From NCBI GenBank assembly GCA_050015075.1, contig JBEKCB010000026.1, forward strand, positions 1 through 64,000: a stretch of 64,000 nt of DNA, given 5' to 3'. Of the stretch, positions 21,435-31,297 are shown one piece after another. How positions within the stretch are numbered: the first letter of the stretch is position 1; every line of letters starts with the position of its first letter. The translations under genes were made by a program, and so were the position numbers. Below the pieces are notes generated by a model. It did no database searches, had not been told where the DNA came from, and worked only from the letters and a program-made list of their open reading frames with translations. The DNA is from Candidatus Brocadiia bacterium (GTDB taxonomy: Bacteria > Planctomycetota > Brocadiia > CAIUPP01).

Positions 21435-21471
21435 TCAAGGCTCCTGAGCAGGTTATGCCCAGGAGCCTTGA
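21435..21471 (+). terminator. Hairpin downstream of the tRNA
   Basis: tcaaggctcctg...caggagccttga. Confidence 0.7.
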
Positions 21472-21673
21472 TTGTTATCAGGCCGCACAGAAAGTCCGCG
21501 GCGCCATGGCGGCACCATAGAATCACTTCTTCTCGTCGTCGGCGCCCGTCGGGCTTGCGACTTCGGTGTTTTGAGCGGGAAGAACTGCCATCTGAACCAT
21601 TCGTTGCCATATTCGTTGATGCTGAACTCGCCGCTGTTCTGGTCAGCCTCAACAGGTTGATCGCCCGCGCCCG

Positions 21674-22720
21674 CTATCTCGGTGCAAGCGTCACTTCCTG
21701 GATCCAGGGGGCTTGGTCGTAGTCGGAGGTGTAGAAGACGACGAGAATGCGGCCCTCGTCAAGTTCCAGCGCGTCGCCCATGCCGTAGGAGCCTGCTTGG
21801 ATGGCCTCGTTGTCGTCAAGTGACATCTCGGGCGTCCAGGTGCGCCCGCCGTCAGCGGTGAGGCGGCAGCAGTACAGTCGGCCTTTGCGCGGCCAGGTGG
21901 GCACGCGCTGCTCAGGGGGCGGGCCGCCGTGGTGGATGCCACGATACGTCACCAGCAACTCGCCGCCACGGAGGATGATGCCCGCGCCGGCCATCCCCTC
22001 GAACGAAGGCGCTGGCGGTTCCCACGTGCGTCCGTTGTCGGCCGAGCGCGACGAATAGAACGTGCCGTTCGTGCGGATGAGGACGAAGAGTTCGCTGCCG
22101 CCCAGATGGAAGATCAGCGGCTCGTTCAGCGGCAGCTTGCCGAGACAGCCGAACGTGCCGATCCACGCCCGTACCCGCCATGAACGGCCGCGGTCGGACG
22201 ATTCCATGCAGGCGGCGCTGGCGCCCTCACCCTCGGCCCGCCGGCCGTACCCGCCCAGCAGCCATACGCCGCTGGGCAGTTCGATGATTTTGCCGTAGGG
22301 CACCCACCACTGGTGGAACCCGGCCGCGCTGACGGGAGTGCGCGGCGAGAACGTCTCGCCGCAGTCGGCGCTGAAGGCGACGTACACACCGGCCGTCCGG
22401 CTATTGACGTCGTCCCACTGCCGCGAGAAGAGGACGATCGTGCCGTCAGTCATCCGCGTGAGGTCGCCGCAGCCCATCTCCTCGACGGCGCCCTCGTGGG
22501 TATAGAGCGTCCGCGGAGCCGACCATCGGCCGTTCTCACGGCGGATAAGGCACAGGTCGCCATCGGCGCCGTGCGAGTACGTGCCCGGGCGCGATTTGCC
22601 GTCGCGGTAGGCCATGAGGATGCGCCCCGGCCCCGCCGGCGCCAGCCCCGGGAAACTCAGGTACCGATCCAGCCGCTTGGCGATGACGTCCCGCCGGTCG
22701 GTAATCTCGAAGTTTCTCAT
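21674..22720 (-). CDS. BNR/Asp-box (sialidase-like) beta-propeller protein
   Basis: Asp boxes SADCGETF, SSDRGRSW, SADNGRTW and TADGGRTW; YLSFP start motif. Confidence 0.88.
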   Translation of the reverse strand: MRNFEITDRRDVIAKRLDRYLSFPGLAPAGPGRILMAYRDGKSRPGTYSHGADGDLCLIRRENGRWSAPRTLYTHEGAVEEMGCGDLTRMTDGTIVLFSRQWDDVNSRTAGVYVAFSADCGETFSPRTPVSAAGFHQWWVPYGKIIELPSGVWLLGGYGRRAEGEGASAACMESSDRGRSWRVRAWIGTFGCLGKLPLNEPLIFHLGGSELFVLIRTNGTFYSSRSADNGRTWEPPAPSFEGMAGAGIILRGGELLVTYRGIHHGGPPPEQRVPTWPRKGRLYCCRLTADGGRTWTPEMSLDDNEAIQAGSYGMGDALELDEGRILVVFYTSDYDQAPWIQEVTLAPR

Positions 22721-22804
22721 ATCCCAATCTCCCGCGAAACGCCGGCCTGCGAACCTGTCGTGGCCGCTGCTCGTCCGTCATCAGCCCTGGCCGAGGGGCT
22801 CAGA

Positions 22805-24514
22805 TCACCGCAGGCCCTTCGGGCTGTCAGCATCCGCGGCGGCAGATCGTGAGGCTTTTTCGATCTCGAGCGGCACCCACCATTCAGCCCGGTCTCTGGG
22901 CCTGTCTCTTCGCTTCCAGCCGTCCGTGGGCGGCATTCCTTCCATGGTCCGGTACTTGTCCCAGTAGGGTTTCACCCAGGCGCCGCACCAGTGAACGTTC
23001 CCCTGGATGGAGATGTCGCCCTTCACGTCATCCAGCAGGGCGGAGGCCTGCGGAAAACACCTCACAATCTCCTTGCGGTGTTCGAGGGTGTCTGGCTCAT
23101 ACATCCACCGGTCCACGTAGTCGAAGAAGGGATCGTGGTCCCACTGCTTCTCCAGCTTCAGGATCCGCAGGACGAGCGCCTCGCTGACCCAGGCGTTGCT
23201 GGTGCAATTGCGGCGATAGTTCTCGCCGACGGGCAGCCCGAAGTACTTGGCGTCCTGTTCGTTCACGGTCCACTGGGAAGGAGGAAGGTGCTCGTACGGC
23301 CCGTATCCGCCCTCGGCGCCCTTGTTGCTGTAGGGCTTGCCGGTCGCTGAGGAGATCCCATAGTGACCCGCGAACACCACGGTCGCTCCGGTCCAGCAGG
23401 CTCCGTAGCGCGTCTGGTTGTCTTCGCTGAACTCCGTCGCGGGAAACTTCCGGCTGGGCGACATCATGTCCTCGTCGTCCAGCATGAACCCGGCAAAGAC
23501 AATAAGAAACTTGCGTGCGTGGCCGTGCCCGCCGAATCCCATCCAGCCGGGATGCCCGGACTTCACCGCGCCCCAGTAATCAATCCCGATCTGGGTCATG
23601 TTGATGAGGAGCGGCTCCTTGTGGTCGGCCGGGAAATCCAGGCACAATTTCAATCCGGCGCCTCCCGCGTAACCGGCGAGGTTCGCGCCATACCAGTGCA
23701 TGTTCAGCCAGGGTGCGTCGAACCCGAAGAAGCCGGTGTTGACCCACGGCTTCTGGAAGTACACTGCGTCCTCCAGAGGATCGCGCGTGTCCTTCCGGTC
23801 GCCGAGAAGGGGCAGCCTCGGCAGCGCATCCCTGCGGAGATCCCGCGAGTAGTAGATCTTCGCGCTCCGGTCGCAGTAAGCCGGACGGAAGGCGTCGGGC
23901 GGGAGCGGCTTCTCCACGCAAGTCAGAATCGCCGCCACCTTCAGGGGGAAGTCGAACCCTCCTTCGCCCCGGCGAGACTTGTCGTGTGGGCCGTAGAACG
24001 GAGAGGGCACGTCTTCGCCGTGCTTGAGGCTGATGGTGGACACCAGCGAGTCCCCAGGCTTCATCCGGATCGGCGGCAGCGAAAGCCGGTTGCGCCGGAA
24101 GTAGTTCATGATGCCGCTGTCGTACGCCACCTCCTTGATCGCCGGCGGGTTCAGCATGGAGCCGTTGCGGACGAAGTCCTCCTTCTTGACACCCTGCTCT
24201 TGCGTCTTGTCCTTCTCGCTCTCGGGCACCTCGTCGCCGACCAGCGTCTTGGGGTCCAGTTGGGTGATGGTGATCGGACCTACGATGTAATAGTCGCCGT
24301 TGACGAACCGGCCGACATGGGCCGGTTTCTCAAATGTCCATGTTATGCCGTAGTGCGAGACGCTGCTCTTTAATGGAAGCTCATCGAGTTTGGGCGCCGC
24401 GGGCGCGTTGTCCCTGGTATAAATCACAACCGGTTTCTCCTGGCTCCAACATGGAGTCGCCAGGCAGCAGACTGCCGCTGCGGAGAGACCAAGCGCCAAG
24501 ATCGTTCTCAGCAT
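22805..24514 (-). CDS. Secreted hypothetical protein, family X copy 3
   Basis: Signal peptide MLRTILALG; YGITW, DAFRP, GGHGHARK, YRR and WDHDPFFDYVDRWM shared with the two upstream genes. Confidence 0.85.
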   Translation of the reverse strand: MLRTILALGLSAAAVCCLATPCWSQEKPVVIYTRDNAPAAPKLDELPLKSSVSHYGITWTFEKPAHVGRFVNGDYYIVGPITITQLDPKTLVGDEVPESEKDKTQEQGVKKEDFVRNGSMLNPPAIKEVAYDSGIMNYFRRNRLSLPPIRMKPGDSLVSTISLKHGEDVPSPFYGPHDKSRRGEGGFDFPLKVAAILTCVEKPLPPDAFRPAYCDRSAKIYYSRDLRRDALPRLPLLGDRKDTRDPLEDAVYFQKPWVNTGFFGFDAPWLNMHWYGANLAGYAGGAGLKLCLDFPADHKEPLLINMTQIGIDYWGAVKSGHPGWMGFGGHGHARKFLIVFAGFMLDDEDMMSPSRKFPATEFSEDNQTRYGACWTGATVVFAGHYGISSATGKPYSNKGAEGGYGPYEHLPPSQWTVNEQDAKYFGLPVGENYRRNCTSNAWVSEALVLRILKLEKQWDHDPFFDYVDRWMYEPDTLEHRKEIVRCFPQASALLDDVKGDISIQGNVHWCGAWVKPYWDKYRTMEGMPPTDGWKRRDRPRDRAEWWVPLEIEKASRSAAADADSPKGLR

Positions 24515-24701
24515 AACGCGACTCCTTCTCGTTCTGCGGCCCAAGCTGGCCGGCTCCTCCGGTTGGGATCGGTTCCCACGCCCGGTATTGTAATGCAGGG
24601 ACGCATGCCTGGCCAGATGTCTTTCCTGGAGATTCAGTAGAAGGCTCCAGAAGGGGAGGCCCGTTCGGAACATGCACTGAGTTTGGCCGTGGCAAGGCGA
24701 G

Positions 24702-24748
24702 TCCGGGATTTGCCAGATGGCCGCCGCCCACATAGCGGCTAGCCATCA
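24702..24748 (-). promoter_or_regulatory. Repeated leader module, copy E (leader part only)
   Basis: tgatggctagccgctatgtgggcggcggccatctggcaaatcccgga aligns with copies A-D. Confidence 0.65.
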
Positions 24749-24794
24749 AATCTCCGATTCCTGATCATCCCGAAGGTCGAAGGCGGCCGCTAGT

Positions 24795-24841
24795 AAAAAA
24801 CAACCGGGAAGGCTGATGGCTATTTACCGTCAGCCCTCCCG
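24795..24841 (-). terminator. Rho-independent terminator
   Basis: cgggagggctgacgg...ccatcagccttcccg followed by a T-tract on -. Confidence 0.8.
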
Positions 24842-24904
24842 ACTACGTTGCACAACGTCAGAGGCCAAAGCCGCCCCTGGTCCGCGTTCGTTCTAACCGC
24901 TCGC

Positions 24905-26341
24905 CTACTTCCAGGTCTCTTCCGCCGGCGGAGTCTTTTCCCCATTCGGCCCGGGCGGAAGATTGTCGCGGTATTTCTTCCACATCTCGTTGACGAACGG
25001 ATACCACGTCGCTCGTTGCAGCTGCCAATCTGCGGAGAAGTCCCATCCCGTCTGATCTTTGATCTGCTTGACGAATGCCGTGTCGTCCTCCGTCATCCAG
25101 CGATCCTCATAGGCAAAGAACGCGTCATGGTCCCAGTCTTTCTCAGCGTGCATAATCCTGGCCGCAAGAGCCTCGGCCACCCAGGCATTGCCGTTCAAAC
25201 GACGGTAACTCTCGTTCATCTGGCTCGCCCACTCTTTCGGCGGGAGATGCTCGTACTGGCCCCAGCCCGGATCGGTCTTATTGATATCCTCGCCGTTCCG
25301 GTCAACGCCCTGATGCCCGGCGTAGACCACCTTCGCTCCGGTCCAGGAGCGCTTGAACAGAGTCTGCATGTCCTCCCCGAACTGCACGTTGGGATAGGTC
25401 TTAGTGGGCGAGGCCATTTCGTCATCGCCCAGCATCATCCCGGCGAACACGATCGGCCATTTCCGGCCCGATCCATGCCCGCCATGCGCCTGCCAGCCGT
25501 GGAAGCCGGCTCTCACGATGCCCCAAAGGTCAATCCCGTTCTGCACAAGACCGATCAGGAGCCTCTCCTTTTTCTCCGGCGGCAAATCCGTCATCAATGC
25601 CAGGCTGGCGACTCCGGGCGCTTCGGCCATTTCCCGTCCGTACTGCGGTTGATATTCCACGGGCGCGTCGAAGGAAAAGAATACCAGGTTGAACCAGACG
25701 CGGTTGTAGTGATCCGCCAGTTCGTCTGCCGAAATCGAGACGCCTAAGTCCAGGTCGAACGTATCTCGGCCATAAGGCAGATTCGGCAGGAGATTCCGCT
25801 TGAGGTTCCTGGCCAGGTAGGTCTTCTGCGACCGATCGCAGTACGAGGGACGGAAGGCATCCGCGGGCTGGGCGGCAGCCACACAGGTGAGCACACAGGC
25901 GCTTTTCACGGGGCACGGCGTAATGACGCTCTTTCGAAGCCAGCGATGAAAGGCCTTGTTGTATTCCTCGTCGGTGACGCTGATGGTGGACATGAGCGCA
26001 TCGCCGGGCTTCATCTGGATCGGCAACGGCGTGCACATCTTGGCGTCGTAACGGTGTCCCTCCTCGCGGCTGTCATAGCCGCTGTGATTTTCATCCAGCG
26101 GCGGATTCACTTCGCATCCATTCCGGCCGTTCCCGGGCGGAGGCGTGATGGAGACGACTTCGCAATTCCCCACAACATAATAGTCGCCGTTTACGAACTG
26201 ACCGACTTCGGCCGGTTTACTTAACTTCCAAGTGATCCCGTATTGCGTGATGGTATCGGTTTTCACAGTAGGACCGCTCTCTGCGCATGCAGACAAGAGA
26301 ACGAGAATAGCCGCCATGCAAACGCTCTTGCACACGTACAT
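24905..26341 (-). CDS. Secreted or lipoprotein hypothetical protein, family X copy 2
   Basis: Lipobox-like LSAC; very similar to 26390-27832. Confidence 0.88.
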   Translation of the reverse strand: MYVCKSVCMAAILVLLSACAESGPTVKTDTITQYGITWKLSKPAEVGQFVNGDYYVVGNCEVVSITPPPGNGRNGCEVNPPLDENHSGYDSREEGHRYDAKMCTPLPIQMKPGDALMSTISVTDEEYNKAFHRWLRKSVITPCPVKSACVLTCVAAAQPADAFRPSYCDRSQKTYLARNLKRNLLPNLPYGRDTFDLDLGVSISADELADHYNRVWFNLVFFSFDAPVEYQPQYGREMAEAPGVASLALMTDLPPEKKERLLIGLVQNGIDLWGIVRAGFHGWQAHGGHGSGRKWPIVFAGMMLGDDEMASPTKTYPNVQFGEDMQTLFKRSWTGAKVVYAGHQGVDRNGEDINKTDPGWGQYEHLPPKEWASQMNESYRRLNGNAWVAEALAARIMHAEKDWDHDAFFAYEDRWMTEDDTAFVKQIKDQTGWDFSADWQLQRATWYPFVNEMWKKYRDNLPPGPNGEKTPPAEETWK

Positions 26342-26389
26342 TGTTCCCTCCCTTCCATTTTAGCTTTCGATCGCTTCCCTGACCCAAAT

Positions 26390-27832
26390 CTATTTCCAGG
26401 TCGTCTCGGCCGGCGGGGTTTTCTCACCATCCGGCCACGGGGGAATGTTGTTGCGGTATTTATGCCACATTTCCATTATGAATGGATCATATGTCTGTCT
26501 CTGCCAGCACCAGTCAGGATAGGTAAGTCCCGTCTGCGCCGTGATCGTTTTTAGAAATGCGGTATCATCTTCCGTCATCCAACGATCCACATAACTGAAA
26601 AAGGCGTCATGGTCCCAGTATTTTTCCGCATGCATAATCCGCGCCGCCAAGGCTTCGCCCACCCAGGCGAGGCTCGTGCAGGAACGGCGGTATCCTTCGT
26701 TCATGCCCGGCTCCTCCGGGTCAATCGGCCAGTCCTTGGGCTGAAGATGTTCGTATTGGCCCCAGCCCGCCTTCTTATTGACGTCATTTCCGTTTTTGTC
26801 AACGCCCATGTGCCCTGCATAAACCACCCCGGCGCCCGTCCAGCAGCGTTTGAACAAGGTCTGCATATCTTCCCCGAACTCGCATTTAGGATAGGTCTTG
26901 TTCGGCGACGCCATCTCGTCGTCGCCCAGCATGATGCCGGCGAACACGATCGGCCATTTCCGTCCCGTCCCGTGCCCTCCCCAGGCTTCCCAGCCGTGAA
27001 AATCGGCTCTCACAATGCCCCACAAATCAATGCCGTTCTGCACAAAACCGATCAGGAGCTTTTCTTTTTTCGCCGGCGGCAAATCGGTCATCAGCGCCAG
27101 GCTGGCCACAGCCGCGGCCCTGCCTAACTCTCTTCCGTACTGGGGCTGGTATTCGACCGGAGTGTCCCACGAAAAGAAAACCAGGTCCAGCCAGACGCGG
27201 TTGTAGTGCTCTGCAAGCTCTTCGACCGTCGGCGCGCCCTGTTCGATGGCGAAACTATCTTTGCCGTAGGGTAAACTCGGCAGAAGATTCCTTTTTAGAT
27301 TCCCGGCCAGATATATTTTCTGCGAGCGGTCGCAATAGGACGGACGAAAGGCATCTGCCGGTGCAGCCGAAGCCAGGCAAGTGAGCACGCAAGCGCTCTT
27401 CACCGGACAGTCTGATTTGTCGCTCCTGCGAAACCAACTGGGGATTGTCCCGAGTTCCTTATCGGTCACACTGATCGTGGATATCAGCGCATCCCCGGGT
27501 TTCATATGAATCGGCAGTTGAGCGCACATCTTGGCGTCATAGCGCTCGCCCCCTTCGCGGCTGTCATATCCGCTGTGATAGTCATTGAGCGGCGGATTCA
27601 ACTCGCTTCCATTTCGCCCGTTTCCCGGCGGCGGAGTGATCGCCACGACCTCACAATTGCCCACAACATAGTAGTCGCCGGTCACAAACTGTCCAACCTC
27701 CGCCGGCTCGCTTAATTTCCATGTGATCCCGTATTGGGTGATCGTATCGGTTTTCTCGGCTTGAACTCTCTGCGGGAATACACAAAAAAGAATGGCTATC
27801 ACGACCGGGAGAACGTTTTTGGACGGGTACAT
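26390..27832 (-). CDS. Secreted hypothetical protein, family X copy 1
   Basis: Signal peptide (VQA-E); GGHGTGRKWPIVFAG, YRRSCT and WDHDAFFSYVDRWM motifs. Confidence 0.88.
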   Translation of the reverse strand: MYPSKNVLPVVIAILFCVFPQRVQAEKTDTITQYGITWKLSEPAEVGQFVTGDYYVVGNCEVVAITPPPGNGRNGSELNPPLNDYHSGYDSREGGERYDAKMCAQLPIHMKPGDALISTISVTDKELGTIPSWFRRSDKSDCPVKSACVLTCLASAAPADAFRPSYCDRSQKIYLAGNLKRNLLPSLPYGKDSFAIEQGAPTVEELAEHYNRVWLDLVFFSWDTPVEYQPQYGRELGRAAAVASLALMTDLPPAKKEKLLIGFVQNGIDLWGIVRADFHGWEAWGGHGTGRKWPIVFAGIMLGDDEMASPNKTYPKCEFGEDMQTLFKRCWTGAGVVYAGHMGVDKNGNDVNKKAGWGQYEHLQPKDWPIDPEEPGMNEGYRRSCTSLAWVGEALAARIMHAEKYWDHDAFFSYVDRWMTEDDTAFLKTITAQTGLTYPDWCWQRQTYDPFIMEMWHKYRNNIPPWPDGEKTPPAETTWK

Positions 27833-27937
27833 GTTCGCCTCCAGCTCTTGTGTTTGGTTTGCAGCATGTTAACGCGGACAAACGCTTCCCTGAGATACTT
27901 CACGGCTTGCTCACGCTATGCGGTCCAGGACCGATGA

Positions 27938-28351
27938 TCACCCCTTCACAGCGTATACCCCTCTGCGGACACGCCTGAACCGCTTGTCCTTCGAGAGCGT
28001 CATGCTGACGATGTTCTGAAAATCTTTGGATTTGCTCTTATAACCTGCCGCCAGAACTGCCTCAGCGGCTTCGGCAATGGTCAGCTTGCCCTTGGCTTTG
28101 ATGGCTTCCGCCAATGTGCTGCTCAGGCTTCCTTCTCTCGCCGGTTTGACGGCTCTTCGCGCTGCCTTTCTCCTGGCCGCCTTCCTACGACCACGGACTG
28201 CCGCCTTCACATCGCCAAGACCTTCCAGCTCGGCAATCTGGCAATTCAGTGCATCCCGTGCAGCGAGGAGCTTCGGCAGTTTTCCTTGCCTACGACCGAT
28301 TTCCTTCTTGAGGTCGTCTACGGACACCTTCGCCAGCTTCACTTTCGCCAT
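27938..28351 (-). CDS. Small basic DNA-binding protein (coiled coil - basic linker - winged helix), copy 1
   Basis: N-terminal heptads, RRKAARRKAARR linker, C-terminal FRRVRRGVY wing. Confidence 0.8.
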   Translation of the reverse strand: MAKVKLAKVSVDDLKKEIGRRQGKLPKLLAARDALNCQIAELEGLGDVKAAVRGRRKAARRKAARRAVKPAREGSLSSTLAEAIKAKGKLTIAEAAEAVLAAGYKSKSKDFQNIVSMTLSKDKRFRRVRRGVYAVKG

Positions 28352-28554
28352 GTGCTGCCCTTTCTGTCAAACGAATTACCTCAGCCCCATGCTGATCTTC
28401 CCTCTTGCGCCGCCGTTCGCAGGACTCTACCACGAGGGGCTGACAACCGCAAGGGGGCCCAAAGCTGTAACAGGGCCGCCGGCCGCCTTGCCCATTTCGG
28501 CAATTGCGTCCCTCAACGGGAGCCTTGTTTCGGTATCTGGGCTGACCGTCTTCG

Positions 28555-29454
28555 TCAGTCTATGCGGCAGGGTCCGTCTGCGGAGACGCAGTTCCTGCGG
28601 ATGCCAAGATTCTCCATCCAGCCGCGCACTTCAAGTGTCTTCCACGGCCCGGAGCCCTTCCCGCCGCCGGAATCGTTATCCCAAAGCCAGCGGGGCGTGG
28701 GCCAGAGGCAGTAATCCGGTTTGACGGCGCGATAGAAGAATTCATCGCAGCCTGACTGGCCATGGTGCGCCATCTGTACGTAATCGGCATGGAGGCGTTC
28801 TCTAAAGGGGCCGGCGAGCAGCTTCTCGCCTCCCTCGACTCCGAGGTCGCCTGTGAACAGGACCGACTTCCTCGCGTCAGAGACGCGGATGACCAGGCTG
28901 GAGTTGTTGATTGCGTTCCGCGTGACCTCCGGGTTGTTGACACCCAAGACCTCGATTCGCACGCCGTCAATCTCCAGCACCTGTCCGACCTGAAGCGGCT
29001 CGCAGGAACGGCCGGAACGCTCCAGGGCCGCGCGAAAGGAACGCGTGTCTTCAAGGCGTTCCGGTTCATATTTTGCGATCCATACATCTTCGGGGAGAAC
29101 GCCATAGATTCCGTCTATCTGCACGGCTGCGGGATCGTCGAGAATCGCGCTCAGGGCATCCACGTGGTCCGAATGTGGGTGCGTTATGAACCAGGCGTGG
29201 ATACGATTCCCGAGCGCCGCGAGAGATTCTCTGAGGTTGGGGGCATCTCCACGCGTTCCTCCGTCTATGACAATGACCTCGTCGTGGCTGGTCTTTAGAA
29301 CATAGCACATCATCTGAGTGCGAGTCTGGGCCGGCAATTGCCATAACGTAAAATGCGTCTCTGCCGGCGGCTTACGGCCATCCGATAGCGTCTGGCAGCT
29401 TTGGAGGACGACAAATGGCAGCCCAAGGAGTGCCAGCGGGTGACTGGAACACAT
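28555..29454 (-). CDS. Metallo-beta-lactamase-fold hydrolase (ComEC/Rec2-like)
   Basis: VIDGG, THPHSDH, NNSSLV, FTGD and AHHG motifs. Confidence 0.88.
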   Translation of the reverse strand: MCSSHPLALLGLPFVVLQSCQTLSDGRKPPAETHFTLWQLPAQTRTQMMCYVLKTSHDEVIVIDGGTRGDAPNLRESLAALGNRIHAWFITHPHSDHVDALSAILDDPAAVQIDGIYGVLPEDVWIAKYEPERLEDTRSFRAALERSGRSCEPLQVGQVLEIDGVRIEVLGVNNPEVTRNAINNSSLVIRVSDARKSVLFTGDLGVEGGEKLLAGPFRERLHADYVQMAHHGQSGCDEFFYRAVKPDYCLWPTPRWLWDNDSGGGKGSGPWKTLEVRGWMENLGIRRNCVSADGPCRID

Positions 29455-29472
29455 TTGGCTCGACCTTCTTCT

Positions 29473-29522
29473 CAACCGGGATTTGCGATGTGGCCGCTCT
29501 CCACAGGACGGTCAGGCGTCAC
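29473..29522 (-). promoter_or_regulatory. Repeated leader module, copy D (leader part only)
   Basis: gtgacgcctgaccgtcctgtggagagcggccacatcgcaaatcccggttg, close match to copy C. Confidence 0.75.
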
Positions 29523-29526
29523 CTCC

Positions 29527-29931
29527 TCAGAGGTACACCCCTCTGCCGACCCGCTTGAATCGTTTGTCTTTCGAGAGCGTCATGCTGACAATCTTCCGCA
29601 AATTCTTGGATTTGCTCTTGTAACCAGCCGCCAGAACTGCGTCAATGGCTTCGGCAATGGTCAACTTCCCTCTGGTTTGGATGGCTTCCACCAACACGCT
29701 GCTCAGGCTGCCCTTTCTCGCCGGCTTCACGGCTCTTCGTGCTCCCTTCGGCCTGCCCGGCTTCCTGCGAGCAACGGCCACCGGCTTCACAGTGCCTAGA
29801 GCCTCCAACTCGGCAATTTGGCAATTGAGCGCGTCCCGCGCAGCGATGAGCTTCGGAAGTGCTCTCTGACGCCGAACGATCTCCCTCTTCAGCTCCTCGA
29901 CCGACACCTTCGCGAGCTTTGCTCTCGGCAT
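29527..29931 (-). CDS. Small basic DNA-binding protein, copy 2
   Basis: MPRAKLAKVSV...; highly similar to 27938-28351; last codons appear shifted by a 1-nt deletion. Confidence 0.8.
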   Translation of the reverse strand: MPRAKLAKVSVEELKREIVRRQRALPKLIAARDALNCQIAELEALGTVKPVAVARRKPGRPKGARRAVKPARKGSLSSVLVEAIQTRGKLTIAEAIDAVLAAGYKSKSKNLRKIVSMTLSKDKRFKRVGRGVYL

Positions 29932-30062
29932 AGGAGCGACCTCCAAAGGATGATAATCAGCGGCCCTCGCCCTTACTCCGGGCACTGACAGGGCACAATA
30001 GCCAGCCAAGGCAGAAAAAGCAACAACGGCGAAGCGTCGCCTCGATCCCACCGTTGTGCCGG

Positions 30063-30746
30063 TCAGTCATGTTGGATCGCTTCCCAGAGTTCCTTGTTGA
30101 AAGCTGCATGCCGCGACGGGCAGTTCTCCCTATGGCAAACCTCGCAACTTCGAAAGTCCACCTCCGTAGGGAAAAGTACGCCCGAGACTGTCTTGTTCGG
30201 GATCATCAGGAATGAGTCCGTCAGCCTGACTCCAATCGCCTGCTCAACGTTACCCAGGAGAGCAAACAGCCCTCGCTGCTGTTCAATGGGCCACACCGAT
30301 GCATCGCCGGAACCGGGCCGCATGATTGCTGTCTTGCCCAGGCGGAACCTGCGGTGCAGATGATCGCTGAGCTGGCTGTTCGCAGCACCAAGCAAGTGGG
30401 TCTTGATCAAGTCCCACCAGAACTCCTTCAGCATGTCCCCTCGCGCGGGAGACTTCTCATCCATCTCGCGTCCGCAGGTCGCAACCATGGGAAAAATGCG
30501 TTCGCTGGACGCCAGGTTCCTGCTCAAGGTTCGGCTTGTGAAAGAGATGCCCCCGATTACCACGGTGTCGCCGGCTCTGCCATCCACAAACGACACGGTG
30601 TAGGCCGCTCTGGGTTTTCCGACTTCCATTGCCGCGGCCATTAAGGCTCTCAATTCCTTCGCATCGTCGGATCCTGGTTCAACATGCGCCTGCTTCATCA
30701 ATTGGACGGCATCCAAAGAAAATGGAATCTCGTTCAGGATTTCCAT
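30063..30746 (-). CDS. Stand-alone cobalamin-dependent methionine synthase activation-domain-like protein
   Basis: VATCG, PGSGD..WPIEQQ, IGVRLTDSFLMIPNKTVSG and terminal C-x2-C-x4-C. Confidence 0.8.
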   Translation of the reverse strand: MEILNEIPFSLDAVQLMKQAHVEPGSDDAKELRALMAAAMEVGKPRAAYTVSFVDGRAGDTVVIGGISFTSRTLSRNLASSERIFPMVATCGREMDEKSPARGDMLKEFWWDLIKTHLLGAANSQLSDHLHRRFRLGKTAIMRPGSGDASVWPIEQQRGLFALLGNVEQAIGVRLTDSFLMIPNKTVSGVLFPTEVDFRSCEVCHRENCPSRHAAFNKELWEAIQHD

Positions 30747-31297
30747 CTCATCTCCCTTAGCGCAACGATAGGGATCAGCGGCTTGAGCAATCGCTAGAAG
30801 GCCCGGAACGAGGCCGCAACTTTTCCATCGTTCAGATGCCGTGCTCATGGTATAGCGCCACTGCCGCTTTGTCAATGTCCGCTCTAAGGAACGCAGCGCG
30901 ACCTATTGGAAAGGAGAACATTCTCATGGACATTCGGCCTGTTCGATGAGGAAGATACCGCCGAAGTGAAGGCGGTTGGGGAAGAACCAGACACGCAGCA
31001 GTGGAACTCACTTTGCTGGTGAGGCACGGTGAATCCGCTGTCCGCAGCGAGTGCAATGCCAGGCGGGGTCATCATCTGTACTGGTATAGTCCAATTACGC
31101 CAATCCGCCTCCTCTTCCCAAAAAGAGCGCCGCCACAAGTCGTTACCCGACTGGCAGGCCTGCCACGACTGACTTTCCGGGTAGGGGGCGGAGCGGAATG
31201 GCAGAGAGCGGAGGAGCAGCAGGCGGCGCGACGGCGCAGGGGAGAGGTTCGCCGGCGCGCGGCCTGCCCGGCCCCGACCGAACGAAGCGGGGGCTAA

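Noticed and set aside
21428-21660. Integrase remnant next to the tRNA
   Set aside because: No tyrosine-recombinase motif recognisable in the frames examined.
244-21722. Long alternative ORFs such as 244..1581, 2182..3933, 9412..10992, 11011..12837 and 19644..21722
   Set aside because: Stop-poor antisense or frame shadows of well-supported genes in high-GC DNA; no motifs.
30800-30875. Seventh copy of the promoter/leader module (ttgacaaagcgg...ctgaacg...gcggcc); also weak matches near 22755-22785 and 56200-56220
   Set aside because: Too few identities to separate from chance by eye; needs an HMM search.
31144-31183. Third copy of the ThiF-upstream structure (ctgactttcc inside a tacccg/cgggta stem)
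   Set aside because: Only a 10-nt match, different stems and no ThiF downstream.
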